Virus record (IMG/VR): IMGVR_UViG_3300033121_002286
From: an uncultured virus (IMG/VR IMGVR_UViG_3300033121_002286)
Lineage: Duplodnaviria > Heunggongvirae > Uroviricota > Caudoviricetes
Direction: 5' to 3' (one strand)
DNA length: 64,000 nucleotides
The notes beneath the pieces were generated by a model that had not been told where the DNA came from, did not search any database, and worked only from the letters and a program-made list of their open reading frames with translations. The stretch's first letter is position 1; each line of letters starts with the position of its first letter. This document shows, piece after piece, positions 56,072 through 64,000 of the stretch. Position numbers and translations under genes: made by a program.

Positions 56072-56590
56072 ATGGAAAAGAACGAAAAATATAAGGTAAA
56101 AGACCTAAAATCAATGATTTCAGAAGAGGTAAAACGCCAAAGAGCAATTAAAAAATTGGCGGAGCAAAAAGAAATGTTGAAGAAAGAACTTCAAGACCTT
56201 TTAGAGGAAGATTACAATGTTGGAAGTTCTAATTATTTGTATCAAAAGCCGGAAGAGCAGAAGGAAGGCAAATCTGAAAATATTTTTAAAACAAAACCTG
56301 GTAATAGTATTTCTTTGAGTTTTGAAGATGTAGAAGGTATTAAATTGAGAAGACAAAAAAGGGAAACTGAAGGTATGGTTAATGATGATTTTATGTGGGA
56401 AGTAATTGATGCAAAAAACAGCGTTCATTTAAAGGATGGTGATTATCTTAAGTTAGAAGGAAATGATAATTTGAGGGTTGGAAACAATTTAACTTTTAAA
56501 ATTTATAGAGTTGTAAATGGTGAATTAAAACCAACAGGTGTAACATACAAGACTAATAAGATAACTAGCTGGTTGATTAATCTTTCTTAA
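56072..56590 (+). CDS. hypothetical protein (LKSMISEE leader)
   Basis: 172-aa ORF after TATTTAC. Confidence 0.7.
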   Translation: MEKNEKYKVKDLKSMISEEVKRQRAIKKLAEQKEMLKKELQDLLEEDYNVGSSNYLYQKPEEQKEGKSENIFKTKPGNSISLSFEDVEGIKLRRQKRETEGMVNDDFMWEVIDAKNSVHLKDGDYLKLEGNDNLRVGNNLTFKIYRVVNGELKPTGVTYKTNKITSWLINLS

Positions 56591-56621
56591 AAATTATTCT
56601 ATTTATGGTTAAACACAAACC

Positions 56622-57317
56622 ATGAATAATATAAAACTGGGCGACACCTCCCCTCAGGTAAATGATTTGCAAGTTAAATTAAAGGGTTTAGGATATGGCA
56701 TAAAGTCAGATTCAAATTTTGGTCAAAATACGCTTGGCGCTTTACATTCTTTTCAAAAATTAAATGGATTGCCAGAAACTGATTTTGTTGATGAAAATAC
56801 ATATAATTTAATTGTTTCAGATTTAAACAACAATTCTTTGGTTGACAAGCCATCTTTACCAAAAATAATGAGTTTACATCCTAAGATTAGATTTGAAGTT
56901 TTACATCTTTTTAAAGAGCTTTTAAAAAAGAATTTAAAAATAAGAATCGTCCAAGGTTTCAGGACATTTGCTGAGCAGGATGAATTGTATGCCCAAGGTA
57001 GAACAAAACCTGGCTCAATTGTCACAAATGCTCGTGGTGGCTTCTCGAATCATTGCTATGGTTTGTCAATAGATTTTTGCATCTTGCATAATGACGGATC
57101 AATTTCCTGGAGTTTAAGTGAAGATGCAAACCATGATGGAAACGCAGACTGGATGCAAGTTGTTGGTTTGTTTAAATCTCATGGGTATGATTGGGGAGGA
57201 GATTGGAAGTTTAAAGATAACCCACACATAGAAAAAACCTTTGGATTAAGCGTAAGACAATTGTTAAATTTATACAATGCATTTCATTTAGATGACGATG
57301 GATATGTTACTATTTGA
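56622..57317 (+). CDS. endolysin: PG-binding domain + M15 (L-Ala-D-Glu) peptidase
   Basis: VNDLQVKL..LGY..FG..T..FQ; GFRT..EQ.ELYAQGRT, SNHCYGLSID, WGGDW..DNPHIE. Confidence 0.9.
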   Translation: MNNIKLGDTSPQVNDLQVKLKGLGYGIKSDSNFGQNTLGALHSFQKLNGLPETDFVDENTYNLIVSDLNNNSLVDKPSLPKIMSLHPKIRFEVLHLFKELLKKNLKIRIVQGFRTFAEQDELYAQGRTKPGSIVTNARGGFSNHCYGLSIDFCILHNDGSISWSLSEDANHDGNADWMQVVGLFKSHGYDWGGDWKFKDNPHIEKTFGLSVRQLLNLYNAFHLDDDGYVTI

Positions 57318-57345
57318 TGTTTTTCCTAGACTATTTATGATATAG

Positions 57346-58318
57346 ATGAAATCCCAAAAACAAATAAACGAAGCTTCCTCAAAGAAAGTTCAGGATATGA
57401 ATAAAGAAGATCTAAAATCTTTTATTAAAGATATTTTTGATGAGGAGATGAATAAACCAAAAAACAAATCTGTTGGAGAAGATAAGGTTCGCCAAATCAT
57501 CAGAGATATGTTAAAGAGACAATATAAACTATTTTGGGAAAAATCTTCACTCTTCTTAGATAAATTGTAAGCCATGAATAAAAGAGACTTATTTAAATTA
57601 ATTGAAGATGAGGTGTCTGCTGTTGTTAATGAACCATTAACGGAGCCTCAAAAGACACAGAAACCTCTTTATAAACCAGTTTTACAAAACGAAGATGACA
57701 TTGATGATATTTTGTTTTATACTGGCAATACGCCAGAAGAAGTTAAAGAGAAGAGAGATAAAAGAAAAAACAATAAAAAACTATTAAGCTTTGGAAAATA
57801 CTAAACCACAAATAACAACTACTGAAATCCAAGATTGGGAAAAAAAATTCAAGGAATCAGTATCTCCATTAGTTCAATTCGATGCGGATGAACAAAGTGG
57901 TGGAAATTCTTTAAAATTATATAACGGACAAAGCGGAATAGAAGCAAGTTGGGCTGGAACTATTATCCTAAATAATGATAACTATATAAAATGGAGTTTT
58001 TCAATTCAAAACGATCCATTTATAGAATGTAAGTTAAATTATACAAAAGAAAATTATGATATTTTAACAAAATTGTTCAATTTTTATGCTACATGGAAAT
58101 CTGAGTGGGCAAAACAATTAAGCATTCCTGGTTATACAGATGAACAGCCTGCTGCTGGTGGAGAACAAAGTCAACAGCCACCAATACAAGATCAAGGAAT
58201 GGGACAAATGCCAGGATTAGACCAAGGTAGTTCTCAATTGCAGGAAAACGAAAGGACAAAATTAAATATAATAAAGAATCACAAAGAAAGAATGCAAAAA
58301 CTTTCAGGGTTACGCTAA
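57346..58318 (+). other. three hypothetical CDSs (57346..57570, 57574..57804, 57791..58318) with I..E / RMQKLSG motifs
   Basis: Co-oriented after TATTTAT at 57332. Confidence 0.65.
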
Positions 58319-60366
58319 ATAGCGCTTTTTCATTCCTGACAACTCTTTCATTCTATGTAATTCACCATTTAAGCTTATTTCGTTTAAGACAATTTGTTTT
58401 TCATATTGAGAAATGTAAAACTCCATTTCTTCCAAAATTGATTTTTTAATTTCATCATTAAAAAAATCATGAAAGTCATAATCTTGTATTTCTTGAAAGG
58501 CTTCGTTTAAAAAGTTTTTATTATCATTAAAAGTAACGCATCCAATCTTTTTATTGTTTTTAAAAACCAAGAACGGTATTTTCTTGGGATTATAATTTTT
58601 TAATGTTTCAGAAACTAAAGCATAAACATCTTTTGTAAAATAATCATTAAACTTAATACCAATGGTAATTTTTGGCAAATCATTGATTGTTTCAAATTTT
58701 ACTTTATGCTCTAGTTTCTGTTTATACATTTTATGGTTTTGGATTATCGTTTGTTAATCTGAAAATTTTACCATTTATTTTTACACGTCCATCACCAAGT
58801 AGTTCCATTTTGTTATTAGACGATTCTACAACTGGTTTTTTTGGCTGTGCAATAACTGGCTTTGTAGTTTTCTTTGCATATTCACTTAACACCTCTTTAA
58901 TAACTTCTGTGGCTACCTGTCTAGCAACTTGTTTAGAAATAGATATAATTTTCTTTTTTAAATCTTCCTCATTTAAGACAATCATCCCGCTTTGAAGTTG
59001 TTGGGAATATCCCTGCCCATGTTGGGATTGAGCTTCCATTTCTTTTTCAGAGAGTCTTTCGTTTAATTTGTTTCTAAAATTTTGAGTAAAGCCCCTTCCC
59101 AAATCACCATCTTCTGATTGTAATTTAAGATTACCCCTTGATTGTGCTGGCGCTGATCCGGAGCCAAACAAATTTTCCAGTTGATCCAATTTAGGATCTC
59201 TTTCTGCAGTAAACTCTTCTAGGGGCACATGTATTTTATTTTGTGGTTGACCTTTTTCTGTTAGGATTGGCTTTTTATTATTATTTTTAGGTGGCTCAGG
59301 CACTCCTTGAAATCCTGGCGCATTGTTTCCACCCTTATCAAAAACCTCTAAATTAAAATCCTTTTTTAAATTACCATTTTTGATTTGCTGAATACGTTTA
59401 AGCATGTTTGGGTCTTTTACATTGACCACCTGAGACATTGCAGGCTTATCAATTGGCATTGGTAATCCCATTTCCTGAAGTCTTCTTTTTCTTTGCTCCT
59501 TTATACTTTGAGCTTGTTCCGGAGATATGTTTTCTTCCATATTTTAGTATAATTATTTTATAAATAGGTTTAAATTTATTGTTTTACTCAACATCTGGCA
59601 TTAAAGTTTTTTCATCCTGTTCATCTTCATCCTCTTCATCATCTGAACTTTTATCCTTATTTAACAGAAATTTGTTGTTTTTCTCATCAAAGTTTTTACT
59701 ATCAGTGATAATTGTAATATTAGAAACAATCCAATTATGAATCATTTTTATTTTATCTTCTTCAAGAGTTTTTTTAAATGCTTCTATTTCAACATCCAAC
59801 ATATCAGCCTTTATAGTAAGTACTTGGCCCAATCTCCCATATTTTCTAAACTTAATATCTCTAGAGATATTTACAAATAAAATTTCCTTGAATTCAATAT
59901 AGCTTTTCTGTTCTATTTCCTGATACCTTATATGCTCACCATATTCACATTCAAAAAAATTCAAAGAATGTTCATATTTTATATCAATCAAAACAACCTT
60001 GGTGTTATCTCTCTCTTTTTTCATATAGTTTTATTTATCTTCGTATTTTAATTTTAAAACCTGTTGATTGGTTTCATCCCAAAAAGCATAAAACTTAGGA
60101 TAAATATTTTTCCAACTTATAAAATAATTATTTATCTCTTTTGTGATATTAATTTTCTTTGCACGATCAAGCATTTTTTTCTTTTCTTGAATAACTTCCT
60201 GGTCTTTTGTTTTGATCAGCCTTAACTCTTTTTTCATTAAAGAAAATTCTTTTTTCAAAGAATCAACAATTTGTTCTCTATACTTTTGTTGATTTTCAAT
60301 TATTTGTTTTCTAGTATGATACATAATTTCTAAAAGTAATTCTAAAGTCAAAAAAGTAAAGGCCAA
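58310..60366 (-). other. four hypothetical CDSs (58310..58729, 58731..59540, 59584..60024, 60031..~60324)
   Basis: Long ORFs; 58310 ends RMKELSGM; 58731 ends VKINGKIF. Confidence 0.65.
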
Positions 60367-60411
60367 ATCTTTCGAAATGGCCTTTGTTTTAAATAAATAA
60401 CTGAAAAAAAA

Positions 60412-61326
60412 TCAAACCGTTTCTTTCAATCTATATTCTTTTAAAAGATCCTTTGATTGTAAAACTCCATTGTTGCAATAAAAAGTATTGTCTTTAAAAG
60501 GGCAAAAGAAACAATTCTTTTTTTGATCATTTAATTTAGCTTTTTCAAATTTGTTTTCAATGTGTATTTTTCTAATAACTTCCGCAACGTTCAAAACTGA
60601 TTCTTTTATATCATTTAGATTGGAGTAAATCTCTACATACTGCAATTCTCCCAAACCCATCTCCGGGTATTTCTTATTTTTTAAGCGATTTAATACAACA
60701 TACTTACAATCTATTTGATCCAGGGGGATATTATTTTTTCTGGCATAAAAATATTTATACAATCTCATTTGAGCCATAAAAACCTGATCCTTCTTTTTTT
60801 TATTTACATCCCAAGCCTCCCCAGATGTTTTCCAGTCAATAATAACATATCTTCCAGTCTTTCTATCACGAACAATTAAATCAATAAAGCCCTTAAAATA
60901 AAAAGGACCGTACAATTGCTCATACAAAGCAAATTCAACCCCTATAATTTCATATTCTTTTATAATATTCTCAGTGGATAAATATCTTATAATATGTTCT
61001 CCCTGAACCATAAAATCATTAAAATCTGCCATCTCCGGAGTATCATGTAATTTGTCATGCATCTCCTTGTAAAAATCCTCCCTAAATATCAACACCCTTT
61101 CATCAACAGTAGCCAATTCTTTAATTCCCAATTCAATGGCTTTGTGAATTGAATTACCAAAAATTAGATGAATTGATGGTTGGTCTTCAACTAATTTTAA
61201 ATACTTTTCAATTAAATGCCGGTGACCGCAAGATTTATATTTACTAAATTCACTGAAAGATATGTGAATTCTGCCAGTATTTACAGTCTTTAAAAGCTCA
61301 TATTCTAATGTTTTATCTATAACCAT
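60412..61326 (-). CDS. PD-(D/E)xK exonuclease (RecB/AddB/Cas4-like)
   Basis: ISFS..Y..C, FGNSIH, E..FKGFIDL..IIDWKTS, QMRLY, CFFCPF..C. Confidence 0.88.
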   Translation of the reverse strand: MVIDKTLEYELLKTVNTGRIHISFSEFSKYKSCGHRHLIEKYLKLVEDQPSIHLIFGNSIHKAIELGIKELATVDERVLIFREDFYKEMHDKLHDTPEMADFNDFMVQGEHIIRYLSTENIIKEYEIIGVEFALYEQLYGPFYFKGFIDLIVRDRKTGRYVIIDWKTSGEAWDVNKKKKDQVFMAQMRLYKYFYARKNNIPLDQIDCKYVVLNRLKNKKYPEMGLGELQYVEIYSNLNDIKESVLNVAEVIRKIHIENKFEKAKLNDQKKNCFFCPFKDNTFYCNNGVLQSKDLLKEYRLKETV

Positions 61327-61400
61327 TTTTCTAATTTATAATTACAAATATAAGAAAAAACAAAGAATTTTAAACTATTTATCTACAAATCTTTGCCCCC

Positions 61401-61868
61401 ATGTTCAATAAATACATAATCATAGCCGTTTCAATTGTTGGAGTTTTACTTATTTTAAGATTCTTTGTTTGCAATTTCTTCTATAAATGCACTTTATTAA
61501 ATGAAATTTTAAAAGAACAATTATCAGATAAAAGTTGGAGATATAGCCAGTCAAGAACCTATCTTTTACTTTCAATTTTGTGTTATTATATTACCTTAGG
61601 AATAATGACAGGGAAAGCATTAAGACCAAATATGAGTGTGGATACAAAAACATTGGAAATGATCGTGGATGCTTTACAGTGGGCAATATTGTTATTTGCC
61701 GGATATTCTTTTGGTAACAAAGGTCTTGAAATGATTAAATTGGTTATGGGTTATAAAAAAGGTGGAACAAACGGAAATGACAGTGAGAATAAAGCAAAAG
61801 AACAAGTGCCTGCTGGTCAACAACAAGTGAACACACCTCCAATTGAAGGTCAAAATATGCAACAATAA
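61401..61868 (+). CDS. membrane protein, holin-like candidate
   Basis: Three TM segments, YSQSR motif, polar tail. Confidence 0.55.
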   Translation: MFNKYIIIAVSIVGVLLILRFFVCNFFYKCTLLNEILKEQLSDKSWRYSQSRTYLLLSILCYYITLGIMTGKALRPNMSVDTKTLEMIVDALQWAILLFAGYSFGNKGLEMIKLVMGYKKGGTNGNDSENKAKEQVPAGQQQVNTPPIEGQNMQQ

Positions 61869-62506
61869 TGTTACTATCAGAATCATATAAAAATAGATTA
61901 AAAAAACTTGCAGGGATTCTTTCTGAGATAACTGACCAAGAAAGAGCTACCGCTTTTTCTAAATCAGGGGAAAGGGTTCCTTATAATAAGGACATGATGA
62001 TTCAGGCTATTGAGCAAGGCAGAGAGGTTGGTATTTTATTTCAATCCAATAACGATAAGTATAAAATGCCAACTCCAAAATATAGAATAATTTACCCTGT
62101 CGTATTGGGGCTTTCAAAAAAAGGAAATCCAGTTTTAAGAGCCTTCCACAAAATGGGTCAATCAGAAAAAGAAGCTTTAAGAACAGGAAAAAGAAGTGCT
62201 GAAATTGAAAACACATGGAGGTTGTTTAAAGTTGAAAACATTAAGTCTATGTGGATGACCGGCAACTTTTTTAGAGGCCCCTTAGAAGCTTATAATTCGG
62301 GTGGAGATGACGGTATGATAAACATTGAAGCTCAGGCAGATTTCAATAAGATAATAAAATATCAAGATGATTTCATTGCAAACATGAAAGATCAAAGGTC
62401 ACAAGAACAAAAAAGAAAAAATATAGTACACCTATTTAAACAAACTGGGGAAAGACCAATAGAAGAGCCCATAAAAAACCCAGAGACAAAAAACAACATT
62501 AAATAA
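61868..62506 (+). CDS. WYL-like domain protein with RLKKLAG leader
   Basis: RIIYPVVLG..LRAF..WRLFKVENIKS. Confidence 0.6.
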   Translation: MLLSESYKNRLKKLAGILSEITDQERATAFSKSGERVPYNKDMMIQAIEQGREVGILFQSNNDKYKMPTPKYRIIYPVVLGLSKKGNPVLRAFHKMGQSEKEALRTGKRSAEIENTWRLFKVENIKSMWMTGNFFRGPLEAYNSGGDDGMINIEAQADFNKIIKYQDDFIANMKDQRSQEQKRKNIVHLFKQTGERPIEEPIKNPETKNNIK

Positions 62507-62507
62507 A

Positions 62508-63167
62508 ATGAAAATTAGTTGCACAAATTGTTATCATAGTTGGGACATTAAAAAAAACGATAGTGATTCGTATTTTTGTCATAAATGCGGATATGACAAT
62601 AAAAGCAAAGAATTTAATTTATTAAAACTAAAAGATTGGATGAAAAATAATCAAAAATTAGTAAGCGAACAATACAAAAACAGGCTCCAGCAATTAGCTG
62701 GACTAGTTAAAGAAAATGCCTATATAGACGCTAATGGTCAATTACAAAACTTAAATTACATTCCTGGAACAAAAGAGTTTACATATTCGATTACATATCA
62801 AGAAATAGATAGAAGCCAATTTGCTGACGGAGAAGATATAAGTGATTATACAGATCAGGGATATGATATTGAGCCCACAAATTCAAGACTTTCTTTTATT
62901 GTTGAAAATGCAAAAAATAATTATGGAATTTATGAACCATCAAGTTCGCCTGTAATGGCGGGTTGCTCGTGGAGTTCTACTCAGCCCAAACAGAATAGAG
63001 AGTTTTTTGAAAAGGGTAAAGAGGTTTATTATAGTTTGCACATAAAAAACCAAGATGGTTCTGATTTAACAAAAGAGGAGTCAGAATTTATAACAAAACT
63101 ATTAAACTCATCATTAAGAACATATTGGGATGATAACGAAAATAAATGGCAGGGAATAGATTTATAA
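62508..63167 (+). CDS. hypothetical protein, N-terminal Zn ribbon, RLQQLAG motif
   Basis: CTNCYHSW..CHKCG. Confidence 0.7.
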   Translation: MKISCTNCYHSWDIKKNDSDSYFCHKCGYDNKSKEFNLLKLKDWMKNNQKLVSEQYKNRLQQLAGLVKENAYIDANGQLQNLNYIPGTKEFTYSITYQEIDRSQFADGEDISDYTDQGYDIEPTNSRLSFIVENAKNNYGIYEPSSSPVMAGCSWSSTQPKQNREFFEKGKEVYYSLHIKNQDGSDLTKEESEFITKLLNSSLRTYWDDNENKWQGIDL

Positions 63168-63225
63168 AAAAATAATAAAAGAAATTGTCGAAGGTATTAA
63201 TTTAAAAGATTCTGTCAATCAATTA

Positions 63226-63555
63226 ATGGATAGAATATCTGATGAATTAAAAGTTTCTACGGATCTCTATTTTTATAATTATCCTGAAAGTGGTCCGGCT
63301 ATTAAACTTTCTCTAATTAAAGTTGATCCTGAATACAGAAATCAAGGTCTCGGAAACAAAGCCATGCAAATGATAATTGATTTTGCTGATGAAAATGGTG
63401 TGAAGATTTTTTTAACTCCATCCACTGATTTTGGATCATCAAAAAAAAGATTAAATGATTTTTATAGAAGGTTTGGATTTGTTCCAAACTCTGGAAGAAA
63501 TAAAGATTGGCATTTTAGAGAAAGTTTAGTTCGATTGCCAAGCAAAACTAAATAA
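63226..63555 (+). CDS. GNAT-family acetyltransferase (true start probably upstream)
   Basis: IKVDPEYRNQGLG, FAD, RLNDFYRRFGF. Confidence 0.85.
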   Translation: MDRISDELKVSTDLYFYNYPESGPAIKLSLIKVDPEYRNQGLGNKAMQMIIDFADENGVKIFLTPSTDFGSSKKRLNDFYRRFGFVPNSGRNKDWHFRESLVRLPSKTK

Positions 63556-63582
63556 AAAGCCGGATGTTACTCCGGTTTTTTT
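63556..63582. terminator. bidirectional intrinsic terminator
   Basis: AAAAGCCGGA-TGTTAC-TCCGGTTTTTTT between convergent genes. Confidence 0.8.
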
Positions 63583-63583
63583 G

Positions 63584-63985
63584 TTAACAAAAATGATCAG
63601 CTGCATACGAAGCCGCAAAACTAGCACAGTCGTTTGGTTTTTTTATAACAAGATTAAAACCCACTGTTTTTAAATAGTTACTAGCTTCAGCAACAACGCC
63701 ATTTGATTTTAAATTTTCATTTCCATTATAATCAGAATGTATTTCAAGAGGCATATTGATACTTCTGAAAAACTCCTTATTATTTCTGGCGAATTCAGCA
63801 GAGATATCAATTTCTCTCAAGAGCCTATATCTGTAATCATAAATTTTTGGAACATCAAATTTAAAAATCAAAGTATTAACTCCATTACGTTCGACTTTTA
63901 AGCACAGGGCCAAGACAAAACGAGTATACTGTAAATAATTCTGGGAATCGCAGCCAACAAACGCCTCAACCTTTCTTCCGGCCAT
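63584..63985 (-). CDS. RNase H-like YkuK/DUF458 family protein (may start beyond the window)
   Basis: FVGCDSQ, RLLRE..S, LEIHSDYN, KP..FAASYAADH. Confidence 0.8.
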   Translation of the reverse strand: MAGRKVEAFVGCDSQNYLQYTRFVLALCLKVERNGVNTLIFKFDVPKIYDYRYRLLREIDISAEFARNNKEFFRSINMPLEIHSDYNGNENLKSNGVVAEASNYLKTVGFNLVIKKPNDCASFAASYAADHFC

Positions 63986-64000
63986 GGCATTGTCATATTG

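Noticed and set aside
60412..61326. Cas4 as part of a CRISPR system
   Set aside because: Stand-alone PD-(D/E)xK exonuclease common in phages; no cas1/cas2 or array nearby
1..64000. Stop-codon reassignment as in some huge phages
   Set aside because: Conserved genes are full length in code 11, TGA and TAG terminate genes at sensible positions, and no suppressor tRNA was seen

Overview
AT-rich, gene-dense 64-kb segment of a huge/jumbo tailed phage, standard genetic code. The host is most likely Bacteroidota: TAnnTTTG -7 promoters recur and Shine-Dalgarno sites are not evident. It carries host-like genes (IF3, FMN-binding glutamate synthase family protein, PrsW, SSB, DHFR, DnaJ, ClpC, dUTPase, NUDIX, CYTH, patatin, Tpt1/KptA), a SNF2 helicase, a DNA MTase, an M15 endolysin, TnpB and about 12 tRNA or tRNA-like genes, many structurally non-canonical. 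Main highlights: (1) three tRNA operons, each gated by a leader-peptide attenuator whose control codons match the downstream tRNAs (Asn/His; Lys; Ser/Phe/Met), suggesting a sensor of tRNA depletion; (2) an integrase-less, attC-like gene-cassette array holding phage-type genes, with nested inverted repeats; (3) four tandem mini-genes fusing a shared EFxxxxxERY module to fragments resembling major capsid, portal and tail sheath proteins; (4) clpC fractured by an atypically split intein around a free-standing endonuclease; (5) a helicase intein with its endonuclease in an overlapping frame; (6) a group I intron inside the tRNA-Asn anticodon; (7) a ~1-kb structured ncRNA; (8) three promoter classes and two sigma-like proteins. 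All protein calls are motif recognition by eye; no database searches were run.
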